A stretch of DNA of 64,000 nucleotides, from contig OX597820.1 in assembly GCA_951406725.2 (NCBI GenBank), forward strand, positions 61,752,001-61,816,000, written 5' to 3'. The notes beneath the pieces are model-generated. The model had not been told where the DNA came from. It searched no databases and saw only the letters and a program-made list of their open reading frames with translations. The position numbers and the translations under genes are program-made. Shown here piece by piece: positions 1 through 13,784 of the stretch (its first letter is position 1; every line of letters starts with the position of its first letter). Source of the stretch: Octopus vulgaris (Eukaryota).

Positions 1-77
1 GTAAGAAGAGAGGAAAGAGGGTAAATCCTACGAGGAATTTACATCGACTAAACATAAACAGGTGCATACATATATCC

Positions 78-470
78 TTTTATTCTTTTATTATTTTACT
101 CATTTGGGTCAATGAATTGCGGCTATGCTGGGGCACCACCTTGAAACATTTAGTCGATATAATCGATCCCAGTGCTTATTTTAATTCTGGTAATTATTCT
201 GTTGACACTTTTTGCCGGATAACTAAATTACTGGGATGTAAACAAACCAAAACCGGTTGTCGAGCGATGAGTATCAAACATAAAGACCCACAAATATGTA
301 TATTTATATATACATATTCAGCAGGCTTCTGTACAGGTTTCGTCTACCCAGTTCACTTACAAGGCTCTAGTCGCAGTAGAGTTACACCTGAAGGGACTTA
401 CCAAAGATGCGGCACACTGAGATGAAACAGAAATCGCGTGGCTGCAAACACGGGCTTTTGAACAGCTTCA
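78..470 (-). mobile_element. Degenerate tRNA-derived SINE (family A)
   Basis: Reverse-complement similarity to the better copies at 13590-14010 and 22525-23075 (gcggctatgctggggcacc, tcgatcccagtgcttatt, gtctacccagttcacttacaaggct). Confidence 0.6.
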
Positions 471-831
471 TTTGCTTTGTAGTGGCCAACATTAGACTAC
501 AGTAAATATATCTCTAGGTACGTTTCTGTGAAATTGAACGCAAAACCATGAACTGGGGAAGCGAACTTCCTAATAACAGAGCCAAGCTTACGCTCATATA
601 TATATATATATATGTATATATATATGAAAAGATGGTTACATATATATAGATATATATACACACACACACACATATATACATATATACACAAGCAAACATA
701 TATACACGCGCGTGCGCACACACGCACACATGTTATTTGTCTATCTATCTATCTATCTATCTATCTATGCGTCTGTCTCTGTTACTAGCTCTGTCTCATT
801 TATTTTGAGCATCCAGGATTTATATATATAA

Positions 832-884
<53 letters not shown>

Positions 885-1440
885 CACACACACACATATA
901 TATATACATATATATAAAGAGAGAGAAAGAGAGAGAGAGAGAGTGAGGAAGAGAGAAAGAGAATGAAAGGTATGGAATGATGTTTATTCATTTATTCGTT
1001 CATTCGAACCAGAACATCTACAGGACAATATCTACAGGAAAACTGGTCTGAAAGCATTGCTCAGAATAATCTTTGCTAAAGGTATCGAAGCACAAGGCGG
1101 CGGTGTTAAAGCGTGCGACTTGTTAAGGCTTACCATACATTTCTAATATTATTAACTGAAATGAGATGGAAGATGGTGGTGTATGTAGGCAGTCATTAAT
1201 TTCTCGGTTTTGCTCTTTCACCGCTACTGATTATGTACGGTGAAATACATAAAATGCCCAGGTTTCTGGAGTGAGTTAAACTTAGTGTGACACACTGAAA
1301 CATTATAACTCCTTATCGCAAACATTGAACACAACAATCAATTCATATTAGTGAATCAATGACCGAGGCGGTCAAGTTGTCACGTAATAAATTACAAGTT
1401 TAGAAGTTTATAGACACGCTCTTTCACTTAATGCAACATA

Positions 1441-1668
1441 TTCAAATCTCTCTCTCTCTTCCCCCTCTCTCTCTCCCCCCCTCTCTCTCTCTCTCTCACA
1501 CGCACACTAACACGCACGCATATACACACGAGTACTAACACACACACACAGGAACCAGCACACACAGATACTCCAGAGACTTCCTTTATATACTTTGACA
1601 CATACATACATACATATATACATACATACAGTCATACATACATATATATATATATAGATATGCATACA

Positions 1669-1717
<49 letters not shown>

Positions 1718-1808
1718 TATATGCATACATATACACGCACATATACATATGTATATATATATATATACATGTATATATACATACATATATACATACACAC
1801 ATATACGC

Positions 1809-1892
<84 letters not shown>

Positions 1893-2076
1893 TATATATA
1901 TATAGTATATATATATATAATAGATATAAATAATATATATAATATAATATATATATATACATGTATATGAATATATATATATATATTTATATGTACATAC
2001 ATATGCATATGCGTGTATATATAGGCATATGCATATATATGTATGTTTGCATATATGCGTGTGTATACATACGTAC

Positions 2077-2170
<94 letters not shown>

Positions 2171-2785
2171 GCATGCACACATATGTATACACAAATCCAC
2201 TATCAAGAATAAGAAAGAAGGAAAGAGAAAACAAAACAACTACAATAAAATAAAACAAAGAAAGTACAATCTCACCAACACCAACACCAACATCAGCACC
2301 ACCTTCACCACCACCACCACTACCGGCACCGCCACCACCACCAAACAGCATAGAGCATCATTAACAACTCAAGTCTGTTGGAAGTGTACTTGATCGTGCT
2401 AAACAACAACCACTTGTTGTTTAATAGATACATTTACTTTCGCTAGCTCTGTCCGCTAAAGAAGACAGTCACACTTCACTTCAAGCTATCTAACTCACAT
2501 TAAAGCCTTTCACACTCAATCACAAAGCTAACAGCAATACAATATGCTTATCCTATTAAGAACAAATCAACAACAAAAACGAACACCACCACAACCACCA
2601 CCAACAACAACAACAACAGCAGCAACAATAACATCAAGAACAACCATCAGCGCCACCAACATCACCATAGCACAACAACAACAACAACAACAACGGTAAG
2701 AAAATCATCGACTGCTACAACAGCAACGACTTCAACGCAGCACTAATAGCAACAACAACACCAACGTTAACAACGACAACTACTG

Positions 2786-2823
<38 letters not shown>

Positions 2824-2827
2824 GCCG

Positions 2828-2860
<33 letters not shown>

Positions 2861-2923
2861 CTACCACCACCACCACCACCACCACTACTACTACTACCAC
2901 TACTAACACCACCACCACCACCG

Positions 2924-2980
<57 letters not shown>

Positions 2981-2981
2981 G

Positions 2982-3030
<49 letters not shown>

Positions 3031-3031
3031 G

Positions 3032-3087
<56 letters not shown>

Positions 3088-3120
3088 GCTACTGCTGCTG
3101 CTGCTGCTGTTGTCGTTGTT
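1441..3120. repeat. Compound microsatellite field: (CT)n, (TA)n/(CA)n mosaics, (CAA)n, (ACC)n, (ACT)n
   Basis: Directly visible; explains the YI-, V- and S-rich pseudo-ORFs. Confidence 0.95.
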
Positions 3121-3818
3121 GCGCAAATGGCAGAAATCAAGAAAGGGAAAGATTCAAAGATACGATAATTTGGTTATTCAAAAGAGCGTACTTCTCTCTC
3201 GTATATACATTCACACACGCTCACATACACGCACACACACATATATATAAATACATACAAACACATATCCATATATATATATATATATACATATACACAT
3301 TCACATATGAACACACACACACACGTTACCGGTCTCGACCTCACTCTTTCTCCCTCTTTTCCACGCGCAATTTCTCTCATACACTTTCTGTCTTTCTCAC
3401 ACATTCTATACCTCACTCTACAGCTCTCTCTTTCTCCCCATTTTCTCCCCATAGCTTTCTGTGTTCCTTCTCAAACTCTCCCTCTTTTTCGACACGTCTT
3501 CTTGTCGTCTCCCCTACTCACACTCTCATCGCATTTAAGAGCACACTTTGATTTCGCTTTGATTAGAACTAAAGCAATTATATCATGAAATCTTCTAAGT
3601 CAGTACACACACCACTACAACAACAAACAACAACAACGACGATGACGACGACGACGACGACAACAACAACAACAACAACAACAATAACAGCCGAATCGAT
3701 TTGACTTAAAGAGTACATTAAAAGAGTTTCGTACATAGATACATACTCGCATATATATTTATATATATGTATATGTACACACACAAGCACACATATACAT
3801 GCATACAAATATACATAC

Positions 3819-3855
<37 letters not shown>

Positions 3856-3897
3856 CACATATATATATGTATATATATATATATATAAATATATATG

Positions 3898-3973
<76 letters not shown>

Positions 3974-4199
3974 GAAATCAGGAGGAAGGAATGAAGTAAC
4001 AATGAAATCCGATTTTGAAGCTATTGGAAATAGTTTTACGTCATCAGAACCAGAGTTCTGGCAAGAGTTTTCACAGGAAATGCATCGTTGAGATCTACAA
4101 TGACCACGATGAGAAGACGAGAGAGAAAGAGACAAAGAGATAGAGAGATAGATAGAGAAAGAGGGAGGAGTGGGAATGAGGGAGGGGAGAGTGAAAGAG

Positions 4200-4980
4200 G
4201 CAGAGAGAGAGAGTATGAATGTAAATAAATTATATAAAAAAAAGGACAAAAGCAAAGAGAAAAGGTAGGAAATGAATAAGATAAATACGAATAATATAAA
4301 TAATAGTGGAATAAATGAAAAGAATGTTTAAAACGAATAAAAGATAAATAAAACAAGATTTAAAAAAAAAAATAATGAAAAATGAAAAGAAAAGCAATTA
4401 GAAATGTTATAAAGTAAAATAAATAGGAATAAATAGAGAAATAAAATAACAATGATATCAAAACAAAATAATAGTAAAATAAGGAAATAAATTAAAAAAA
4501 GCAAGGTAATAGAAAAACTATAAAATAAAATAAATAAATGAAAATAAAATGAGAATAAAATGAATAAAAATAAAATCATCATAAATAACATAGAAAGGAG
4601 AAAAACAAAAACAAGCAAATCAAAAGTAAAATGTAAAAAAAAAAATACGATAAAGAAAACAAACAGAAAAATCTATAAAAGGAAATAAAATAAATACAAA
4701 ATAAAAATAAAAATAAAATATGATAAAACGAATTGAAGTAAACAAAAAAAAAAAGAAAAAAGAAAATGGAAATAAAATACAGAATGAAATAAAAAATGAA
4801 AGAAAAAAGTGCATACATGAAAAGCAGTGAGAAAAAATGAAAAATTTAACTAATAAAGGTAAAAATATAAAAAATACAGTAGAGATATGAAATAAAATAG
4901 AATAAAGAAAAACAAAAAACAAGCGAAAAAGAACACGATAAAATTTAGGAAAAATAAACAAATAAATAAATATAATATGG
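4200..4980. repeat. A-rich, purine-biased low-complexity tract
   Basis: About 780 bp of A-runs broken by single G or T; a similar tract lies at about 31640-32030. Confidence 0.85.
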
Positions 4981-5587
4981 CGAATTATTTTATTAATTAG
5001 CAGTAGGAAATGGTGCCGTGTATCGCTGACATATTGGTTAAGAAAGAGAATTACTTGAATACGTTTGATAGATTTAGCTTTAATGCAGTGTGTTATTCTT
5101 GTTGTTTAAACTCAGGTCAGACGTGACGAAGCAGGTCTAGGGTCAACGACGTTCCAACCGTGCCAGTCCTGTCATTTTCGTATTTTTAGGTACTACATTG
5201 TCTGATGTCTTTATTTGAATACAGTGGCTGGATGTGACCTGAGAATATTTTGGTTGCTATTCTTGTTGATCAATCGGTCCTGTAGGGGCTTACTAGAGTG
5301 TCTGAAACAGCTCGTGAACGTTTGAGTCAAGCAAACCTAAGATGAAAGACATTTCTCCATTGATCAACAGGTATTTTGTTTTTTGATATATAAGGAGTAA
5401 TTTTGCTCAATCTATTCTTTTTTATAACTGTGGCTTGTGTATTGAAATTTATTTTTTTTTGTAAATAAGGGACTATGAAGAGGATCTCTTGAATGTAGAC
5501 CTAAGGACCATGACGGTTCAAGCTGTGCCAATTTCCTCATTTTCGTATTTTAAGTCATATCACAGCCATCGCTGCAAATATTTCCAT

Positions 5588-5740
5588 AGGCATGGCTATG
5601 TGGTTAAGAAACTCACTTTGCAACCGTACGGTTTCGAGTTCAGGTTGTAGTAGGCAAGTGTCTTCTATTACAGCCCCGGGCCTACAAATGCTTTGTGAGT
5701 GAATTTGCTGAACAGAAACTATGTGGAAACCCGTCGTGTA
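5588..5740 (+). mobile_element. SINE family A, 5' half
   Basis: tggctatgtggttaaga (A box), ggtttcgagttc (B box), ggcaagtgtcttctatta, then runs into (TACA)n(TA)n. Confidence 0.65.
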
Positions 5741-5843
<103 letters not shown>

Positions 5844-5933
5844 TTATATAAATAAGGATAATATTTAAAATACCGATCTTATCAGGTGGCCAGCATGGGA
5901 ATAAAAACATCAAAGGTAATAATTATTATAAAA

Positions 5934-6083
5934 ATTATAATTAAGGGTATCTAAGAGATACCACCATGATAGAAACAGCAGCCAAAACCTGACTCTAAAA
6001 CCACATTAAATGTGGTTTTTAGAGTCAAGTTTTGGCTGCTATTTCTAGCATGGTGGTATCTCTTAGATACCCTTAATTATAAT
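5934..6083. repeat. Near-perfect 150-bp palindrome
   Basis: attataattaagggtatctaagagataccaccatg...ccacatt-a-aatgtgg...catggtggtatctcttagatacccttaattataat; about 3 mismatches and 1 indel. Confidence 0.95.
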
Positions 6084-6385
6084 ATATGTTTATATATATA
6101 ATTTCAACAATTGAGGGTAAAATTAATTAATTAATCAATTTCACCAAGTATTCAGTATGCAAAGGGACCATTTAAGGCGAATTCAAATTATTACATTATA
6201 TAAAAGGGCTTAGTAAAATAAATTACTTTGCCGCATACTGAACTCATTAGAAATAGCAGCTAAAAAAAACTTTTTTAAAACTATTTCCAATACTTAAAGA
6301 AAATCTCTCTCATATAGTGTTTGCTCAATTCAACTCACGAAAGTATGAGGGTAGAAACATTAAAAAATCAAATGCAAAGGTTATT

Positions 6386-6438
6386 TGAGAACGTACGTTT
6401 CAAGATTAGTCAAAAACGACACTTCTATCATCAGCTCA
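6386..6438 (-). ncRNA. Minimal type-I hammerhead ribozyme motif (copy 1)
   Basis: Minus strand reads UGAG CUGAUGA uAGAaguGUCguuuuuGACuaaUCUu GAAAC GUAC GUU CUCA: 4-bp stem I, imperfect stem II, palindromic GUAC loop III. Confidence 0.65.
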
Positions 6439-6944
6439 GAACTCCCTGGTTTGGATTTGAAAACACTGAAAATAGGAGCATACCTTTTCGGCTTCCCATC
6501 GCCTCTGAAGATCTACTCGAAACTAACAGTGCCAGCAAATTCAAATATGCAAGCGAAGAATTTCTGCTCTCCCCTTCCACCAGCGTGGGTTAAAATCAGC
6601 AAACAACATGCTTTTTTTCGGTAAAATCCGAGGCATTAAATAGAGAGAGATGAATTATAATTTCAACAATTGAGGGTAAAATTAATTAATTAATCAATTT
6701 CACCAAGTATTCAGTATGCAAAGGGACCATTTAAGGCGAATTCAAATTATTACATTATATAAAAGGGCTTAGTAAAATAAATTACTTTGCCGCATACTGA
6801 ACTCATTAGAAATAGCAGCTAAAAAAAACTTTTTTAAAACTATTTCCAATACTTAAAGAAAATCTCTCTCATATAGTGTTTGCTCAATTCAACTCACGAA
6901 AGTATGAGGGTAGAAACATTAAAAAATCAAATGCAAAGGTTATT

Positions 6945-6997
6945 TGAGAACGTACGTTTCAAGATTAGTCAAAAACGACACTTCTATCATCAGCTCA
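6945..6997 (-). ncRNA. Minimal type-I hammerhead ribozyme motif (copy 2)
   Basis: Identical to 6386-6438, offset by 559 bp. Confidence 0.65.
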
Positions 6998-7326
6998 GAA
7001 CTCCCTGGTTTGGATTTGAAAACACTGAAAATAGGAGCATACCTTTTCGGCTTCCCATCGCCTCTGAAGATCTACTCGAAACTAACAGTGCCAGCAAATT
7101 CAAATATGCAAGCGAAGAATTTCTGCTCTCCCCCTTCCACCACCGAAAAAAAGCATGTTGTTTGCTGATTTTAACCCACGCTGGTGGAAGGGGGAGAGCA
7201 GAAATTCTTCGCTTGCATATTTGAATTTGCTGGCACTGTTAGTTTCGAGTAGATCTTCAGAGGCGATGGGAAGCCGAAAAGGTATGCTCCTATTTTCAGT
7301 GTTTTCAAATCCAAACCAGGGAGTTC

Positions 7327-7379
7327 TGAGCTGATGATAGAAGTGTCGTTTTTGACTAATCTTGAAACGTACGTTCTCA
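7327..7379 (+). ncRNA. Minimal type-I hammerhead ribozyme motif (inverted copy 3)
   Basis: tgag ctgatga tagaagtgtcgtttttgactaatctt gaaac gtac gtt ctca. Confidence 0.65.
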
Positions 7380-7572
7380 AATAACCTTTGCATTTGATTT
7401 TTTTAATGTTTCTACCCTCATACTTTCGTGAGTTGAATTGAGCAAACACTATATGAGAGAGATTTTCTTTAAGTATTGGAAATAGTTTTAAAAAGTTTTT
7501 TTAGCTGCTATTTCTAATGAGTTCAGTATGCGGCAAAGTAATTTATTTTACTAAGCCCTTTTATATAATGTT

Positions 7573-7598
<26 letters not shown>

Positions 7599-7603
<5 letters not shown>

Positions 7604-7979
7604 ATATATAAACGGCAGTTTGTCTGTGCGTTTTCTGTGTGTCTGTTTTCTCGTACCCTCACTCTGACCACGGCTTTCAACCGATTCTGATGAAACTTGA
7701 CACACACATAGCCCAATGTCATAATTCAAAACTAACGCAGCGAAAATTTTGAAAAGTTCCCCCAGTTCTGAAAAAAATCGATAAATTCGACATGGAGTCG
7801 AGAATCAGAAACCCAAACCACAGACTGTCTAGGGGACGCAACTCCACCTTTTTTAACTCTCAAAAAAATTTACCATCATTTTTTTTCCATTTTTTTGCTA
7901 TTTTTTGGCTATAACTCTCTAAAAATGCTTTATAGTTATTTCCCTTACAAACCTGAGGAACGCCGGGCGATACTGCTAG
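7599..7979 (+). mobile_element. Non-autonomous Helitron
   Basis: 5' TC(TC)TATATATAAA; 3' GC-rich imperfect hairpin (cctgaggaacgccggg) followed by CTAG; sits between A and T inside (TA)n with no TSD. Confidence 0.7.
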
Positions 7980-8314
7980 TATATATATATATATGTATCC
8001 AGCACATTGTCCTTTGGTTTCTTTGCATTCTAAGACATTAGAGTTATGATTCAAGATAGATTTAGCTGCTACTTCTAAATGGTCGAACGACTGCGCAGAG
8101 TTCCTTGTTGATTTGGGGGTAAAAACCGGAAGGGATAGGGATTGGATTTGCCGCTTAAATGAAAATGAGCTGACATGACGTATATACCTTTCACAGGTAT
8201 ATACGTATATTCATGACGTATATACCTTTTTTAAAAGACATTTTCTCTTAACAAAAGGTATTGACTTCTGCCGATTCACAAATCTGGCACCGACCAACCC
8301 GTTGTATGTATAAC

Positions 8315-8622
8315 TCCCTAGTATTTCTACAGTACTCAGGATTCATTCCCCAACAAAACTAACTCAAATTTTTTCAGTGTATTATTTATTCAGTAAAAAA
8401 ATGATCGTTTCTTTTAATGTACAGACATCATTACCAAATATTTCTCCAGGGCACGAAGTCCTTAATATTTCTAATGTACAAAAATCTTTCCCTAATATTT
8501 CTTCAGTGAACGTAACCAAAATATTTCTACTGTGCACAAAACGCCTACTATTTACACAGTGCACAAAGCCTTTAATATTTCCGCAGCTCACCAAGATACT
8601 TTCCTAATATTTCTACAGTGCA
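8315..8622. repeat. Degenerate ~30-bp minisatellite (ccctaatatttctacagtgcacaaa-like)
   Basis: aatatttct(a/c)cag or close variants recur about 8 times at roughly 30-bp spacing. Confidence 0.65.
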
Positions 8623-8679
8623 AGGCGGCGAGTTGGCAGAATCGTTAGCACGCCGGTCAAAATGCTTAGTGCCATTAAC

Positions 8680-8930
8680 GACCGTGGTTATCGTGGCCTT
8701 TTCCGTATGCTTTTCTTTCCACGGATAAACCTTATATGCTTCCCCCTTTACACCATGACATTTCTGTGATACACGATCCCTATTGATCGTTTTTTTTTCT
8801 TTCCTTTTTACGATCCCTTTTGATCGAAAACTACCCCGCTTTTTTTTTCTCCCCAAAAAGAAAAGCTCTACCTTGTAATTTGTCCCGTCAGTGTTCAGCT
8901 CTATGTGGCTAATAAAGAAACATACCTATC
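8680..8930 (+). mobile_element. Isolated LINE 3' UTR (same family as 8931-9967)
   Basis: Aligns with 9566-9895 (ccacggataaacctta, gatacacgatccctattgatcg, ctaccttgtaa, aataaagaaac followed by tatct). Confidence 0.8.
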
Positions 8931-9886
8931 TGACCCGCCTGTTCGGGACGACTTTCGGGCCAGGGCCTATGGTCAACTTCCAGAGATCCCTGGCCTGGCA
9001 GTGCTACCGAGAAGCGCTACCCGTTCGGGATAAGCTCTACAGACACGGCTCGAGAAACACGGGGCCGACCTGCCCGAGATGCGGTCAGAGCAACGAAACC
9101 GTTCTGCAACGCACTCGTGCAGTGTCCAACAATTTCCGACCTGTGGGCTTATGTCGAACAACTGCTGTCACGTGTGGGACGAGTCGGTTTATCAGCTGAG
9201 TCTATCGTCAATATTGTCACGCCTCCTTCCTTCAAACGGGAAGGAAGAGCTATTTTCATCATCCTTGTGGCTATGGCGAAAGAATGTATCTGGTGGACGC
9301 GTCTGAAAGGATTGGAGACAAACACTTTCCTCTCTGGTCAACCTCTCATCAACTTCTTCAAGTACCACTTGAAAAGGAAAGTGAGAGCAGAGAGGCAAGT
9401 TTTGTCTAGCGAACGTTTTAAAAAAAGATGGGTGAATGTAGCAAGGATGGCACGTATGAATGACGAAGCCACCTTGAGCATAATCCTATGAACCCAGAAA
9501 TTGAAAACAGAGGGTTACCCACTTGCAAACAAATGTGGTAACATATAACAATATTGACCAAGGTTACCGTGGTCTTTTTCGTAGGCTTTTCTTCCCACGG
9601 ATAAACCTTACTTGTTTTCCCCTTTACACCATACATCATGACACTGTGATACACGATCCCTATTGATCGTTTTTTTTTCCTCTTTCCCTTTTTTCCTCTC
9701 TTTTCTTCTTTTTTCATTTTTCTTTTCTTTTGTTCCTTTTCCCTTTTTTATTTTTTTCCTTTTTTTTGTCCTTTTTTCCCTTTTGATCGAAAACCTACGC
9801 CACCTTTTTTTTTCTCCCCCAAAAGAAAAGTTCTACCTTGTAACTTGTCCCATCTGTGTGCAGCCCTGTGTGGCCAATAAAGAAAC

Positions 9887-9967
<81 letters not shown>
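8931..9967 (+). mobile_element. 5'-truncated Tx1/L1-type LINE: ORF2 C-terminal zinc-knuckle region, 3' UTR and (TATC)n tail
   Basis: LAWQCYREALPVRDKL...CPRCGQSNETV, then a frameshift into ALVQCPTISDLW (zf-RVT-like CCHC). Stop at 9491, AATAAA, then (TATC)n. Confidence 0.8.
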
Positions 9968-10229
9968 AATCATGCAAAGAAGCAATGAAGCACACACGCG
10001 TACACACACACACACACACACGTACTTCCCCCCTCTCTTTCTCTTCCGCTCTACCTCTGCTCATGCCAGTTTTTCTCGCATCTCAATTAAGCAAGATTTC
10101 TTCTGCTTCTTATACAACACCTTCGCAGTTTCTAATAGCAAAAACAACTGATTCGTCATCAGAAGCAACGAAACGCCTCAGCATCAACCATCATCACAAG
10201 CGGCACCTACATTATGTACAATGACAACG

Positions 10230-11060
<831 letters not shown>

Positions 11061-11859
11061 TTTCCTGCTCAAGCACATGAATACATGAACTACATCAGTA
11101 AATAGTTTTAAACACTCCAAGGGTTACGTACATTTATATAGATGCACAAAATAATTATTCACATTCGCTTTCCCATTTACCATAAAAAGTATTGTAGCTC
11201 AAGCATACAACTAACGTACTCATACGCTTACATTCATATTATGTCACCAACTCTGATTACACGTCACACTAACAAGAATACTTGAACACACCCACATTCA
11301 GGGACAAATGCACACCAATTTTCACACGTTCAAGCAATTAATTAGACTTAAGCACAAATTTCAAATGACTTTTCTTACTCCATGAATGTGTCATATGCGT
11401 ACAAGCTAATTACACTCTGTCGTTACAGGAATCTTTGAAATGTCTTTCTATATACCAATCTAGAATCACGTTTGTACAACATGCGGTATGATTTTGCCAC
11501 AGGCCGGTGGCGAAATCACAAAAGGGAAACTTCGCAATCGCCCAGGGCGCTCAAATCTTGGGGCATCACACGAATTCTGAACAACTTAACATTTCTTAAT
11601 CCCACTGACAACACGAGATTTCAATAATAAAGATAGCAGGGAGATTAATCCCGTCATAGAAGAGGCATGAAGATGTGAAGGTTACAGAGTGCTATGACCA
11701 GTGGCATGATTTGATGTGAATCACTCATGTTTCAGCAGGTAACTGATTTAGTTGGTGATATGCATGATCATAAAGTTGCAGGTGCCTTGCGTGCAAGATA
11801 GTAATAAAGTTTTAGCTGGTGTAAAGATGGTGATGGCTGAAGACATAAAAAAAAATATA

Positions 11860-12200
11860 GCAAAAAGGTGTTGGGAATAAGGAAGTGAGTAGTAGTCCTG
11901 GGAAAAGAGAAGCGTGTGGTAGGGATAGGTGAAAGTAGCGCACAATGTAGGCTGGGAGAAGGGGATCATATAGAGCTGGAAGGAGAGGGAGCACACTATG
12001 GGACTGGTAGAAGATGGAGAGCATTGTAGGGATAGGAGAAGAGGAGCACATTGTAAGGATGAAAGGAAATAGCGTGCAATATAAGGCTGAGAGATGAGGA
12101 ACGCTTATAGGGTTCTAATAGGGTGGGAAGAAAGGATAGCACAAAATAGTAAGTACATTAAGGAACTGAGAGAATGGGATGCACATTAAAGAGCTTGGTG
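11860..12200. repeat. Degenerate ~28-bp purine-rich minisatellite
   Basis: Recurrent units of the type gagaagaggagcacattgtagggatag. Confidence 0.55.
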
Positions 12201-12656
12201 AAGGTGATGTAAACTGGGTGTCTGGTCAAGGATACCGGAAAACATGGCAACGGCTCTGATATGCCATGCAGGGTAACAGTTTACTATTTAGGTGAATTAG
12301 CACACCACTACTTCATTATTCCGAGAAGTACCAGCCCCGCGTGAAAGTTCAAGAGAACAGAAATTCTGTCATACAAAATATCAAAAAAAGAAATAGTAAA
12401 ACATACTGTAAAATCTACAAAAAATAAAATATACTTATGAAAATTGTGGGGAAATAGATATCACTACTTGCTAATAATATTTTTTTAAAATAAAATTAAA
12501 AAAAAGCCCCTACTCACATCAGTGACACAGTTACAACTGCCACCACCGCCGTAACCAGACAGAGAGCACCACTGGAAAATACGAAAACTAAAAGAAGCAA
12601 TCTCCTAAGCAGACCGAATGCAGATATGAGCAGCATATGGTTCTAAATTTCCCCAA

Positions 12657-12702
12657 GACACCTGAAGAAGGCTGGTGGGTATATCAGTCGAAACGTTGTG
12701 TT
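12657..12702 (+). ncRNA. Minimal hammerhead-like motif in a short pLTR-like cassette (about 12630-12790)
   Basis: gacac CTGAAGA a ggctg gtgggtatat cagtc GAAA cg TT gtgtt: stems I and II pair; helix III is reduced to palindromic AACGTT. Confidence 0.6.
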
Positions 12703-13330
12703 AACATCAAACAAGATGAGGACAAATATCTGTCGAATGTAAATAATGTAAATAATGTACATAATTCCTCATCTCTTAAATATAGAACAATATTAATAAT
12801 TGTATCTTCTAGCTCCGACGCGGAACTCCAGTCATTGGGATACTATTAAAGCTATATTAAGGATGTATCTTCATTAGGAGAGATGCTCTGTGATAGTAAA
12901 ACTGAAAAATTCTAATTTGAAGGACTATAGCTGGAGAATTAAACTAATATCTTGGGTGGTGTAGGTGTTGTGCACACAAACATCCTCGACCCCGTCCAGA
13001 AATGGCCCACTCGACTGACTGGCATAAAGTCATTCTAATACACGTCTCGGCTCATAGAAGTTAATTCCTTTCTCTGTTTTCGTCAACGGTTCTATAATGG
13101 CTTCTGCTATTCACACACACAGACACACACACACACACGCACACACACAAACGCCACACACTCACACATACAGACACACGCACACAAAAACACACACACA
13201 CAAACACGTGCACATACTCACAAACTCGTACATATATACATACACACATACACACAAATACACGCTTACATACACACATATATACAAGCACATTCACAAA
13301 TACACACATAAACATACACAAACATACACA

Positions 13331-13364
<34 letters not shown>

Positions 13365-13589
13365 TACACCCACCTCCACACATACACATACATGTAGCAT
13401 AAACGAAAGATTACGGTACGTCTGAAATTATGTGGAGAGGTCACACAACCTCACTATATATATATCCTTCCTCAGCATATAAAACCTATGTCTGATTATT
13501 TAATAATACGTCTTGCATTATCTAATGGCTGTGTTACCTTTAAGGAGCATTTGTTTATTATCCACATGAAAGGAATGTTAAGAAAGGAC

Positions 13590-13750
13590 TGGCTGTTTGG
13601 TAAGTAGCTTGCTTACGAACCACATGGTTCCAGGTTCAGTCCCACTGCGTGGCACCTTGGGCTATTGTCTTCTACTAGAGCCTCGGGCAGACCAAAGCCC
13701 GATTTGGTAGACGGAAACTGAAAGAAGCGCGTTGTATGTATGTATGTATG

Positions 13751-13784
<34 letters not shown>

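Larger units (their letters stand above)
6097..7571. mobile_element. 559-bp unit in tandem plus inverted arrangement (Penelope pLTR-like or retrozyme-like), with one hammerhead motif per copy
   Basis: Unit 1 is 6097-6655, unit 2 is 6656-7142 (truncated) and the inverted copy is 7142-7571. Copies are near-identical and flanked by (TA)n. Confidence 0.8.

Noticed and set aside
1268-1312. Three-way-junction-like fold gagtta..agtgtgacacact gaaac..taactc
   Set aside because: It lacks any CUGANGA-like core.
6321-7449. Repeated 74-114 aa ORFs in the 559-bp unit
   Set aside because: No recognisable domain; recurrence simply reflects the DNA duplication.
7680-7705. ctgatgaaac as a hammerhead core
   Set aside because: There is no stem II between CUGAUGA and GAAA; it lies inside a Helitron.
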